Both the position numbers and the translations under genes were made by a program. From a virus (Duplodnaviria > Caudoviricetes), in IMG/VR virus record IMGVR_UViG_3300017548_000196, positions 1 through 41,027 of that record: 41,027 nt of DNA. One strand, 5' to 3'. Positions 27,546 through 36,747 of the stretch are shown piece after piece. Numbering within the stretch: the first letter of the stretch is position 1; every line of letters starts with the position of its first letter. The notes under the pieces are model-generated. The model did not search any database and had not been told where the DNA came from. It saw only the letters and a program-made list of their open reading frames with translations.

Positions 27546-28147
27546 AAGTTTCTGAAATAAACTTAGCTATTACGGACTTAGACGACGTGTTGAAATCCCC
27601 GGATGAAAAGCTACGCGAATTAGTGTCGGGTGGAATGGATGCTCTTTCAGGAGTTCCTGTTTTCTCATTACTATCGACAGCCTCTGACTTTCTCGGGCGG
27701 TGGGCCAATCGGAGATTTGCTGAGCGCCTATATAAATTTATGGTTGGAATTTCTGCTATTTCGGAAGAGGATCGATTTATTTTCTTTTCAGATTTAGAAG
27801 AATGTGAGGAAAAGCGTAGGACCGCAGCAGAAATTATAATGAGCATAATTTCTAAGCTAGATTCCGAATGGAAAGTCGATGTTTTGGTGAACTTGTTTGA
27901 ATCGAAAGTTAAAGGATTCATAAAATCGGATGTGTTTATCCGGCTTTCTTATTCTATACAATATTTGTCACTATCGGATATTAATACCCTCAAGACACAC
28001 AGAAAAGGCGTATATCTAGGCGGATCTTCAGACGCGTTGTTGTCCGCCGGACTTTTGCAACCTTATTCAATTGGACAGGGTTCTACATACGTAGTTAATT
28101 CCAATGGCCGCGCACTTTTGGCGCATGGGCTCTTAGAAAGAAAGTAA
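27542..28147 (+). CDS. Moron gene 2, AT-rich hypothetical protein (start revised to 27542)
   Basis: ATGA overlap; low GC; possible C-terminal winged-helix-like end. Confidence 0.65.
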   Translation: MKVSEINLAITDLDDVLKSPDEKLRELVSGGMDALSGVPVFSLLSTASDFLGRWANRRFAERLYKFMVGISAISEEDRFIFFSDLEECEEKRRTAAEIIMSIISKLDSEWKVDVLVNLFESKVKGFIKSDVFIRLSYSIQYLSLSDINTLKTHRKGVYLGGSSDALLSAGLLQPYSIGQGSTYVVNSNGRALLAHGLLERK

Positions 28148-28177
28148 TTACGTTTTCAATCAAATGTCAATAGGTAT

Positions 28178-28199
28178 CGCCCGTAGTCCGGGCGTTTTT
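28178..28199 (+). terminator. Intrinsic terminator closing moron operon
   Basis: CGCCCG-TAGTC-CGGGCG-TTTTT. Confidence 0.75.
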
Positions 28200-28281
28200 C
28201 GTTTAAAACACTTCGATTAATCGTATTAATCGCCCGAAACAACTTCAAAATAGGCCGTGTAATGTGCCTATACGACGACAT

Positions 28282-28309
28282 TTTTCATTACAAAATTTTG
28301 AAAATCAGC
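28282..28309. promoter_or_regulatory. Operator-like site 3
   Basis: TTTTCA-N11-TGAAAA-TCAGC, same spacing and 3' flank as site 1. Confidence 0.45.
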
Positions 28310-28452
28310 GAGTAGTCCGAACTCAAAGAAAAGCCGTTTTTCGCTCACAAACTCCGAACCCCGGCCCGCCCTGCCATTGATTTGCAATTGCAATCCGGTC
28401 GCGTTTGGCGATATATGACCCCCGCCCCCATGGGGACACCCCGCCACCCCCT

Positions 28453-28487
28453 GTCCTTTCCCCCGCCAGCACCCTCCAATACCTTCG
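28453..28487 (+). promoter_or_regulatory. Putative late promoter 4
   Basis: GTCCTTT-N20-TACCTTCG. Confidence 0.75.
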
Positions 28488-28506
28488 TTGTAAAAGACGA
28501 AACACC

Positions 28507-28908
28507 ATGTCCATCATTGAGAAACGGTTCATTGAGCATGTCCTAAAGGAAGAAGGCGTGCGCTTTCTTCGCAACCAAGGGCGGGAGATAAGGAAGCAAC
28601 TCGTCTTCCATACCAAGCGGTTGATTAACGACCGTGTTGCACGAGTGTACGGCAGCGGTGAAATGTCCGCCACGCTGGAGATCACACACCCAGCGTACCA
28701 ACGGTTCCTGGATATCAAGAAGGGTACCCAGCGGAAACGCAAGGGTGCCGGCAAACGCAAAAGCACCAAGGGCTACCGGATACACAACCGGTTCGTTATG
28801 GGCCATTACCTGTCGATTGCTTTCCGGGTACAGAATGACCTTACCGAAGAGATGCGTGCAATGATACGCCGTGAATGGCAGAAGGGAGGGTTGACAGATG
28901 GCCAATAA
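28507..28908 (+). CDS. Basic hypothetical protein, possibly neck/tail completion (start revised to 28507)
   Basis: ATG downstream of late promoter 4; overlaps tape measure start. Confidence 0.65.
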   Translation: MSIIEKRFIEHVLKEEGVRFLRNQGREIRKQLVFHTKRLINDRVARVYGSGEMSATLEITHPAYQRFLDIKKGTQRKRKGAGKRKSTKGYRIHNRFVMGHYLSIAFRVQNDLTEEMRAMIRREWQKGGLTDGQ

Positions 28909-31900
28909 ACTGAAACAAGAAGATCTTGTACTCAACATCATCGTTAATGGAAATAAGGCCCAATCTGACATCGGCAAGGTGTCTCGTGCCCTGCGTGATT
29001 CGAAGAGTGCGGCCGACGGCGTGGAGAACGAACTGAAGCTGCTCGAAAAGCAAGGGTTAAAGAACACTAAGCGCTACCGTGAATTAACAGCCGAACTTAC
29101 CAGGCACAAGAACGAAGTTGCCCGGAATGAAAAGGAGCTCGCTCGTTTGAACCAAAGCCTGAAGCTTGAAGACCAGTCTATCTCCACGCTGGAACGCTCG
29201 TTACGTAACCTAATCCGGCTTCGTAAACAATCGGTGCCTGATTCGGCACAGTATAAGGAATATACGAGGCAAATCGATATTGTACGCGGCAGGCTTAACG
29301 AATTACAGCATCAGGGCACCCGGACCGCCGGTGTGTTAAGTCGTATCGGCGGCGGCATCCGTAATTTTTTCAGTTCCACACTCGGCGGGTTGGCAACGAT
29401 TACCGCCCTGATTACTGGCGTCCGCAAGGCAACAGATGAGTTTTCTTCATTCGACGATAAGCTGGCCGATGTGATGAAGACCACGAATGCCGCCAGGGAA
29501 GAAGTTGTAGGGTTGAATGCGGAGTTGGAGAAAATCGACACGCGTACTAGTCAGGAGGATTTGTTAGGGCTCGCCAGAATAGGCGGAAAGCTTGGCATTA
29601 CCGATATGGATGAGCTGCGTGGGTTCGTAGAGGCTACCAATCAATTGGTCGTAGCGCTCAACGAAGACCTGGGTGGCGATGTGGAAGGCACCGTGCAAGC
29701 CGTCGGCAAGCTAGTCGATGTATTCAATATCGACGAGGTATACGGATACGAGCAAGGCTTATTAAAGGTTGGTTCAGCTATCAACGTGTTGGGGATGTCA
29801 TCCACGGCCAACGAGGGCTACATGGTCGAATTTGCCAAACGAATGGCCGGTATTGCTCCATTGGCCAATGTTACCGTACAGGAAATACTTGGATTGGGCG
29901 CGACGCTCGACCAATTCGGCCAAACATCCGAAGTCAGTTCCACGGCATTGAACAAACTATTTGTCAAACTGGCCAGCGATGCTGAAAACTACAGCCGCTA
30001 CGCCGGCATGGAGCTTAAGGACTTTCAAGAGCTACTCGAAAAGGATTTCATGGGTGCTTTCATCCGGGTGTTGGAAGGCGTCCGCGGCTCGTCGCAGGGC
30101 ATAAGCAACTTAGCGGCAACACTGGGCGACCTCGGTATCGATGCAACCCGTATTACAGGCGTTATTGGAACATTGGCCAATAACACGGATACGCTTCGCG
30201 AACAGATAGACCTTGCCAACGGTTCATTTGCTGAAGGAACATCGCTAACCGAAGAATATAATATCAAAAACCAAACAGCTGCAGCCCAGCTCGAAAAAAC
30301 CCGTAAAGAGGTTACCAAGTTCTGGCGCGAACTAGGCGAAAAGCTATGGCCGGTCATTACCGAGGGCAATAGTTTGCTGGTAGTTTTTCTTCGTTCGCTA
30401 ATTGCCATCATCGAATTCGTAACGGCAAATTACAAATGGATTTTGTCATTGACCGCAGCCATCGTGACGTATACAATAGCAGTAAATGCGGCCACGATTG
30501 CAACGAACGCCAAGGCTTTTGCGCTACGGACCGCAGCTGCAGCCCAAAGACTATTTAACGTCGCAGTAGCGGCCAATCCCATCGGGGCAATCATAGCCGT
30601 TATTGTCGGTGCGGCGACTGCCATTGCCTTATATTCACGCAGACTTACCGAAGCGGAATATTCGCAAAAAGCATTGAACGAAGCGGAAAAGGATGCTGAA
30701 GGCATAAGTCGTTCCCAAACTTCCGCCATTGAACGGTTCACAAAAGTACTGAGTGAAGAAAATCGCACGCGCGATGAAAAGCTGGCAGCTGTCAAAAGTC
30801 TACGCGACATCATGCCCGGTGTGCTCGACCAGTACACCGATGAAGAAGTGCTGGCAGGCAAGGCTACAAAGGCAATAAACGAGCAGACCAAAGCCATCAT
30901 CTTGCAGGCACGCATACGGGCTCGCCAGGATAAGATTCAGGAGCTTGAGTCGAGACGGTTGGAAATCGCTGATGGGGATTTAAGCCTTTTGGATGAATTC
31001 AGGGTAGGTGTAGCACGTTTAATTGGCGGCGCTGGGTTAGCAGCGACAGAAGCGGGAAAAGCAGCGATTTCGGAACTCAGCAATATAGAAAGCGCAATTT
31101 CTTCCCTCACGGACGGGATTATCGACGACCAAGGCAAACTAAATGACCTTTATAGAGCCAAGCCCGACAAAAACCCGATCACCGGCGAGCCAGTTACACC
31201 GGGCAATGATGATAAAAAAGAGAAGGGCAAAAAAACAGAAGCGGAAAAGCAGGCCGAACGGGACAAAAAGGCTTTAGAAAAGCGCCTGCAAGATGAAGAA
31301 GAGTATCAAAAAGAGGTGCTCAAAAAAAGTAAGACCCTGCGCGAACAGGAAAGTATTGAGCATGAAGAGCGGCTTAAGCGCGCTGGTTTATTTGGACTTA
31401 AAAGGGAGAATCTGACCAAACATCAGTTATCTGTTTTGGAGGCGCTGGAAGCGCAACACTTGGACAACATCAACAAGCTCGATGCCGAGGCCATGAAAAA
31501 GGGCATCGAAGATAAACAGCATGCCTTTCAAGATGAGCTGACCGACCTGCGTATCCGGAACAATGAAGAGCTGGCCCAGGTACGTACGCTGGAGCAAGGC
31601 AAACTGAAACTTTCGGAATCCTTAAGTCCGGAAGCGCTAAGGCAGATTAAAACACTCAATCAGGCGAAAAGGCTGTTGCAAAGCCAATATCAACAGCAAG
31701 AGGCCGATTTGACCCGGCAGCACCTTGAAGAGCTACGGTCCTTAATGCAATCGGTTCTGGAATCGGGTGAATGGGAAGGTATCGACTTGGCCGACAAAAT
31801 TCTTTCACCGGAAGAAAAGAAGCTGCTCGAAGACAAGCTGCGGGAAGTACGTGAATCACTAGCAAAACTCAAGAATCCCGATCAAACCGACCTGATTGAA

Positions 31901-32902
31901 GATAAGGCCAACAAAGTCGACATACTCGGCATGAGCATGTCTGATTGGGAACTACTGTTTTCTAATCTGGAAGCGGGTAAAATAGGTGTCCAGGATGTAG
32001 CGAATGCATTGCTGGCCATGAACCAGATATGGGCGCAATACAACGCGCTCGTTGCCGCTGGAGAAAAGCGTCGACTACAGGAATACGAAGAGGCCAACGA
32101 ACGCAAAAAGGATTTGCTCAAAAATCGGCTCGATGCCGAGACTATCAGCCAGGAATCTTACAACCGTCAGATTGAAAAATTGGACAGGGATATGGCAAAG
32201 AAACGCGCACGTTTGGAATACGACCAAGCGAAGCGCGAACGTAATATTGCGATATCCAATGCAATCGCCAATACGGCAGTCGCGGTTACAAAAGTGCTGG
32301 CCCAGGGAGGTATTGCCGGCATTGTATTAGCCGCTGTTGTCGGTGCCTTAGGCGCGCTTCAACTGGCCACCATCATGCGTCAACCATTACCGTCGTTATC
32401 CGGCCGCGAAGATGGCGGTTACCTGGTGAGTCGCTCACAGGATGGCAAGAAGTTCAACGCGACCTATGACCCGAATAAGCGCGGGTATGTGCACCGACCC
32501 ACGGTCATCACCGGCGAAGACGGCAGCGAGTTTGTAGCCAACAATCAAGCGGTCGCAAACCCAACGGTAAAGCCGGTGCTTGACGTCATCGATACCGCCC
32601 AGCGGAACGGCACTATTTCAACATTAAATCTTGAAAATGTATTGCCTCGTGGCCGCGAAATCCGTGCATCCATTCCCGGCCGGCAAAGTGGTGGCGCCCT
32701 GTCATCATCAGTGCCGGATGTCAGGTCTGCTGCCGATAACGCCGAAATGCGCGACCTTATCCGAAAAAATACGGAGGTAATGCAAGGCCTACAATCGGAA
32801 ATCCGGAAAGGCATCAAAGCCGAGGTGGCTCTTATTGGGAAAAACGGCTTTTACGAAAAAGACGCGGAGTACAAATCAATTCAGAATAGCGCAAACCTGT
32901 AG
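28898..32902 (+). CDS. Tail tape measure protein
   Basis: 1334 aa, helical Ala/Leu-rich, TP901-type core (FDDKLADVMKTT...), hydrophobic segments. Confidence 0.9.
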   Translation: MANKLKQEDLVLNIIVNGNKAQSDIGKVSRALRDSKSAADGVENELKLLEKQGLKNTKRYRELTAELTRHKNEVARNEKELARLNQSLKLEDQSISTLERSLRNLIRLRKQSVPDSAQYKEYTRQIDIVRGRLNELQHQGTRTAGVLSRIGGGIRNFFSSTLGGLATITALITGVRKATDEFSSFDDKLADVMKTTNAAREEVVGLNAELEKIDTRTSQEDLLGLARIGGKLGITDMDELRGFVEATNQLVVALNEDLGGDVEGTVQAVGKLVDVFNIDEVYGYEQGLLKVGSAINVLGMSSTANEGYMVEFAKRMAGIAPLANVTVQEILGLGATLDQFGQTSEVSSTALNKLFVKLASDAENYSRYAGMELKDFQELLEKDFMGAFIRVLEGVRGSSQGISNLAATLGDLGIDATRITGVIGTLANNTDTLREQIDLANGSFAEGTSLTEEYNIKNQTAAAQLEKTRKEVTKFWRELGEKLWPVITEGNSLLVVFLRSLIAIIEFVTANYKWILSLTAAIVTYTIAVNAATIATNAKAFALRTAAAAQRLFNVAVAANPIGAIIAVIVGAATAIALYSRRLTEAEYSQKALNEAEKDAEGISRSQTSAIERFTKVLSEENRTRDEKLAAVKSLRDIMPGVLDQYTDEEVLAGKATKAINEQTKAIILQARIRARQDKIQELESRRLEIADGDLSLLDEFRVGVARLIGGAGLAATEAGKAAISELSNIESAISSLTDGIIDDQGKLNDLYRAKPDKNPITGEPVTPGNDDKKEKGKKTEAEKQAERDKKALEKRLQDEEEYQKEVLKKSKTLREQESIEHEERLKRAGLFGLKRENLTKHQLSVLEALEAQHLDNINKLDAEAMKKGIEDKQHAFQDELTDLRIRNNEELAQVRTLEQGKLKLSESLSPEALRQIKTLNQAKRLLQSQYQQQEADLTRQHLEELRSLMQSVLESGEWEGIDLADKILSPEEKKLLEDKLREVRESLAKLKNPDQTDLIEDKANKVDILGMSMSDWELLFSNLEAGKIGVQDVANALLAMNQIWAQYNALVAAGEKRRLQEYEEANERKKDLLKNRLDAETISQESYNRQIEKLDRDMAKKRARLEYDQAKRERNIAISNAIANTAVAVTKVLAQGGIAGIVLAAVVGALGALQLATIMRQPLPSLSGREDGGYLVSRSQDGKKFNATYDPNKRGYVHRPTVITGEDGSEFVANNQAVANPTVKPVLDVIDTAQRNGTISTLNLENVLPRGREIRASIPGRQSGGALSSSVPDVRSAADNAEMRDLIRKNTEVMQGLQSEIRKGIKAEVALIGKNGFYEKDAEYKSIQNSANL

Positions 32903-32909
32903 GGAAATG

Positions 32910-33680
32910 CTAGTCTTCAAAACTTATTGATTCTACGGTAAGCACCGGCAACTCGATACGGAAATTTTTGACGCCTAATTTTGCATGTAACTTTTGACTT
33001 AGGTTGTCCAATTCGAGTCTAACATCGTTGAATTCAACAATATCCGTTCTAAGTTTCTTAATTGAATTTGGGGTGAGCTGGTGTGTGAATTCGGGATGTT
33101 GTTTACGCATATACCCTTCTAAGGATAAAGCAGATTCAATACTTTTAATTACGCCTAATCGCTCTATCTTTTTGATCGTATCAAAAGAAATTTCGTAATT
33201 TAATTCCTTTACATTATCGCAATACTTGCGTATTTTTTTGTGTGCATCCATTATATCTACTCCGGGGCTAATAGGCTCATTATCCCGTTTTATTCTAGCA
33301 AATTTTTTTGTTAATTTAAAATGTTCAGCGTGATGGCTTAAATCAAAATTGTCTCCTGATCTCAATCCAGTAATATATTGTTTATGAAACCCACATAAAT
33401 ACGATAAATACAAATTGATGATCGCCATATAAAATTGAATAAACTCGACGTTGTCGACCGTACTTTTCAAAATGTTTTCTTTGGCTCTTTTTTCGGGAAA
33501 AAAATAAACCACAAGATAAAATATCAAGCTTGCTATGTAACTCAAACAAAGGCTGAAAACCAAGTTTGCAAACCTTTCATTTATTAAAAATTTGTTTAGA
33601 TAATCGGCGTACAAACAATACCAAACACAAAAACCAAGAGCTGCAGCCCCTAGTGAGAATAGGATATAATTTCTTTTCAT
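32910..33680 (-). CDS. AT-rich moron, two N-terminal TM helices
   Basis: Antisense, low GC; TATATTTG -7 box 4 nt upstream of ATG. Confidence 0.75.
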   Translation of the reverse strand: MKRNYILFSLGAAALGFCVWYCLYADYLNKFLINERFANLVFSLCLSYIASLIFYLVVYFFPEKRAKENILKSTVDNVEFIQFYMAIINLYLSYLCGFHKQYITGLRSGDNFDLSHHAEHFKLTKKFARIKRDNEPISPGVDIMDAHKKIRKYCDNVKELNYEISFDTIKKIERLGVIKSIESALSLEGYMRKQHPEFTHQLTPNSIKKLRTDIVEFNDVRLELDNLSQKLHAKLGVKNFRIELPVLTVESISFED

Positions 33681-33712
33681 TCAACAAATATAATAGGTTG
33701 GGGGCTAGGCGT

Positions 33713-33747
33713 GTCCTTTAGGCGTGAAAATATACGAAATACCTTAG
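33713..33747 (+). promoter_or_regulatory. Putative late promoter 5
   Basis: GTCCTTT-N20-TACCTTAG. Confidence 0.75.
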
Positions 33748-33765
33748 CCCAAAAGCTTCGGTACC

Positions 33766-35685
33766 ATGCTCGAAATTTTCATATCCAACCAAAAGGTAGA
33801 CTTACCACCGGACATCCAAATCGCGCTCACCATCGAAAATCCGATGATGTTGCAAGACCGGGTGCCCGCGCCGTATAGCCTTACCTTCGATTTACCGCCC
33901 ACCACCCGCAACCTAAAAATTTTCACTTTCCCGAACCGCATCGCATCACATAAAAACAACACAACCATTACCCGCAGCTGCCGTATCCTATTTCAGGCCA
34001 TCACCATTGCCAATGGAGTCGTATCTATAACCCAGTTTGATGGCGGTATCAAAGCTGCGTTCAAAGGCGCCGACCTTACCGAAACCATGCGGGCGCACCT
34101 CTACGAAACGCCAATGCATGAGTATCAATTCCCGACACCGGACTGGACCAACCGAGATTTCGACAACCCAACCAACTACGCGGGCCAGTATCGCCAGATG
34201 GCTATTGATGCAGCCAATGGGCTCGACCCACGCATGGTGGTAGCCCCCATTAAAATCACGACCGCAAACATGCCGCTTCAATGGGTTTACGAACGCCAAT
34301 CACGCGTTAACCAATTCGTCACCTCAATCTATTATCCCCAGCGGATGATGGACACCGAATACATCAATTATTATAACCCCGAAACGGAAGAATTTGCCAT
34401 CCGGTCAGATACGCCCGCCGTCCGGGGTGAGCCATACGCTATTGTGCACGCACCTATCTTTCCTTTTGCACGTGTGCATTATATGCTTTCAGCAGTGTTT
34501 GGAAATGTCTTAGACAACAACGTTTTTGCCACACCCGAACTCGAAGACCTGGTCATACCGTCGATCTACTTCCAGAACTGGAAAAACAACTTCAATCCCC
34601 GCGTTCAGTTCAATGGTCCAGACGGTATGATGTTTCGAAATAAGCCGCCATTCGGAACCAACCCCGCGTATCCGCCTGGCTGGCCTACAGACCCCTTTTT
34701 CCGCATCAATGATTTTCTTCCGGCTTATCCAGGCCCCGACTTACTGAAAGAATTGCTGAAGCTGTTTTGCGCATCAATGGTCATAAAAAACGGCCGCTTC
34801 GCCCTACGCTTCAATAAAGACATCATTTCGGCGCCCATAGCCGCCAATTGGGATAGCAAGCTCATCGGCAAAGCAATCATCTCTACGGAGAAAAAACGAA
34901 TTTATAAGTATGGATATGATGGCGAAGAGACCTACATCCCTGAAGATGATGTGGAATCGATAAGCACCATCAGTGGTATGCTGTATAATGTTGAAGCGAT
35001 AGCGCCCGACCCTGGTGAGCAAGTCACCGTGATTTACCACATCACGGAGCACAATAGCTACTATGAAGTCATTGTAGACCAAACCGAAGACGAAAACGGC
35101 GACCCGGCCGATAAATACATAACCTATAAGCTTCTCGATGGCGGGTATGGAGCCACTGCCGACACAAATAAAGAAACATTCGATTCTGTAGTGTCGCTTA
35201 AGCCCTTGCCCTTGGTGCCACAACAGTACTGGGTTACCGCAGAAAACGACCTCGATAACCATCCCGAATTATACTTTTGGACGGTGCCCGTTTTCGAGGG
35301 CGACCGTGGCATCCGGCCGGATGGTGCCAATATCATGTTTCACCGGGGCATGGTAAAAGCTACCAACCTTTTTATTGATCACGAGTACCCATTGCTATCG
35401 CCATATCGCAAGGCGCCCGATGGTACATCCGTCGGTAACCTCGAACTAAGGTGGGAAGGCGACGACGGCCTACTCGCCAACTTCCACGCCGATTTCAAGA
35501 ACTGGATTGAACGCGACCGCGCCCGTGTGAGCAACAACTTCCTGCTCACCGCGCTCGACCTGCATAACCTCGATATTACGTCAAAGGTGCACCTTCATGG
35601 CCGCAACTTCTTCATCGAGCGCATACAGGTAAACATCCGGCACAACCGCATCGATCCCGCCTTGGTCAATCTAATCGAAGCCTAA
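33766..35685 (+). CDS. Tail tip / baseplate hub-like protein
   Basis: 639 aa after tape measure; N-terminal VDL...ENP...YSLTFDLP pattern. Confidence 0.65.
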   Translation: MLEIFISNQKVDLPPDIQIALTIENPMMLQDRVPAPYSLTFDLPPTTRNLKIFTFPNRIASHKNNTTITRSCRILFQAITIANGVVSITQFDGGIKAAFKGADLTETMRAHLYETPMHEYQFPTPDWTNRDFDNPTNYAGQYRQMAIDAANGLDPRMVVAPIKITTANMPLQWVYERQSRVNQFVTSIYYPQRMMDTEYINYYNPETEEFAIRSDTPAVRGEPYAIVHAPIFPFARVHYMLSAVFGNVLDNNVFATPELEDLVIPSIYFQNWKNNFNPRVQFNGPDGMMFRNKPPFGTNPAYPPGWPTDPFFRINDFLPAYPGPDLLKELLKLFCASMVIKNGRFALRFNKDIISAPIAANWDSKLIGKAIISTEKKRIYKYGYDGEETYIPEDDVESISTISGMLYNVEAIAPDPGEQVTVIYHITEHNSYYEVIVDQTEDENGDPADKYITYKLLDGGYGATADTNKETFDSVVSLKPLPLVPQQYWVTAENDLDNHPELYFWTVPVFEGDRGIRPDGANIMFHRGMVKATNLFIDHEYPLLSPYRKAPDGTSVGNLELRWEGDDGLLANFHADFKNWIERDRARVSNNFLLTALDLHNLDITSKVHLHGRNFFIERIQVNIRHNRIDPALVNLIEA

Positions 35686-35692
35686 ATACCGT

Positions 35693-35727
35693 GTCCTTTC
35701 GTTCCGGACCGTACTGGCGGATATTAG
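35693..35727 (+). promoter_or_regulatory. Putative late promoter 6
   Basis: GTCCTTT-N20-GATATTAG. Confidence 0.65.
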
Positions 35728-35745
35728 CAGCATACTAAGACGCCC

Positions 35746-36051
35746 ATGAAGGAATTTGTACTACAGAACTTTGACAAGTTCAAAAAATACCCGATACCAT
35801 TCATCGCGTTGGTATTCATCGCGCTATACATAAACGAGGCGTCCGAGAATCGCGAAGACTACCGCAATTGCCAATCGGAGTTGAAACGTAAGGACATCGA
35901 GCTGTCCGCCGCTCATGAGCGCGATAGACAAACCAATCAGCTACTCATGGAGTACGCCTTCGAGCTTCGGATGGTACGAGAACGGCACGGCGAATCAGAT
36001 TCCACCATAAAAAAAGAAACACAATCAAACGTCAAGAAAATATTGCAATGA
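35746..36051 (+). CDS. Single-TM coiled-coil protein (holin- or spanin-like)
   Basis: One short hydrophobic helix then charged coiled coil. Confidence 0.45.
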   Translation: MKEFVLQNFDKFKKYPIPFIALVFIALYINEASENREDYRNCQSELKRKDIELSAAHERDRQTNQLLMEYAFELRMVRERHGESDSTIKKETQSNVKKILQ

Positions 36052-36734
36052 AAAGGTTCATCATCGCCTCAGTTATGGTAGCCATGGCTGTCGCACTCTT
36101 CATAGTAGGCAGGGCATACCTTAATGAGCTCCGCGAAAACAAAACCCTTGCCGAGGCATTCGAAGCGCAGGTAGCGAAAAACGCCAATCAACCGCTCGAA
36201 ATCATCAAATACGTCAAAGACACGGTAACCAACCAAGCAGCAGCCACCGTAGCACCCATTGAGACCACAGACTTGTCGTTGTACGTTTCGCGCGGCTATG
36301 CCGATACACTTCGTACCGCGTTGAACATTGCTGTAAATAAGATAGAACGACTCGAACGTTTTACAGTCACCCTACAAGATTCAATCGCGGGTATAATAAC
36401 TACCGATACAAACGGTACCCAGTGGGCGAGCATGAAAGATAATGTATTCGACATTCGCTACAATTTCGCATCAAACATGTTTTACCCTCAGGTATCGCTT
36501 AACCTCGACGTTATATCTCACCAATATCGCCCCGGGTTTTTTAAACGAAGGCAAGTCCTATCCACCGTCGTCGCTTACGATAAACGGGTAGACATAAGCA
36601 ACATTCGCCAAGTAAATAAAATCACCCTTCCAAGCCGTTTCGGACTAGATGTCTTCGCTGGAGCCGTGATGACGCCTGGCGGACTCACGTACGGAGTAGG
36701 GGCGGGGTTGGGTTACCGCATCAAAGAGTTTTAA
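36048..36734 (+). CDS. Membrane-anchored protein with C-terminal beta-hairpin (spanin-like)
   Basis: N-terminal TM; C-terminus FGLDVFAG...YGVGAGLGYRIKEF. Confidence 0.5.
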   Translation: MKRFIIASVMVAMAVALFIVGRAYLNELRENKTLAEAFEAQVAKNANQPLEIIKYVKDTVTNQAAATVAPIETTDLSLYVSRGYADTLRTALNIAVNKIERLERFTVTLQDSIAGIITTDTNGTQWASMKDNVFDIRYNFASNMFYPQVSLNLDVISHQYRPGFFKRRQVLSTVVAYDKRVDISNIRQVNKITLPSRFGLDVFAGAVMTPGGLTYGVGAGLGYRIKEF

Positions 36735-36747
36735 TAGTAGCCACATC

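Noticed and set aside
28323-28769. Minus-strand 148-aa ORF and N-terminal extension of the 28405 ORF
   Set aside because: Both span the GTCCTTT promoter motif; ATG 28507 is the better start
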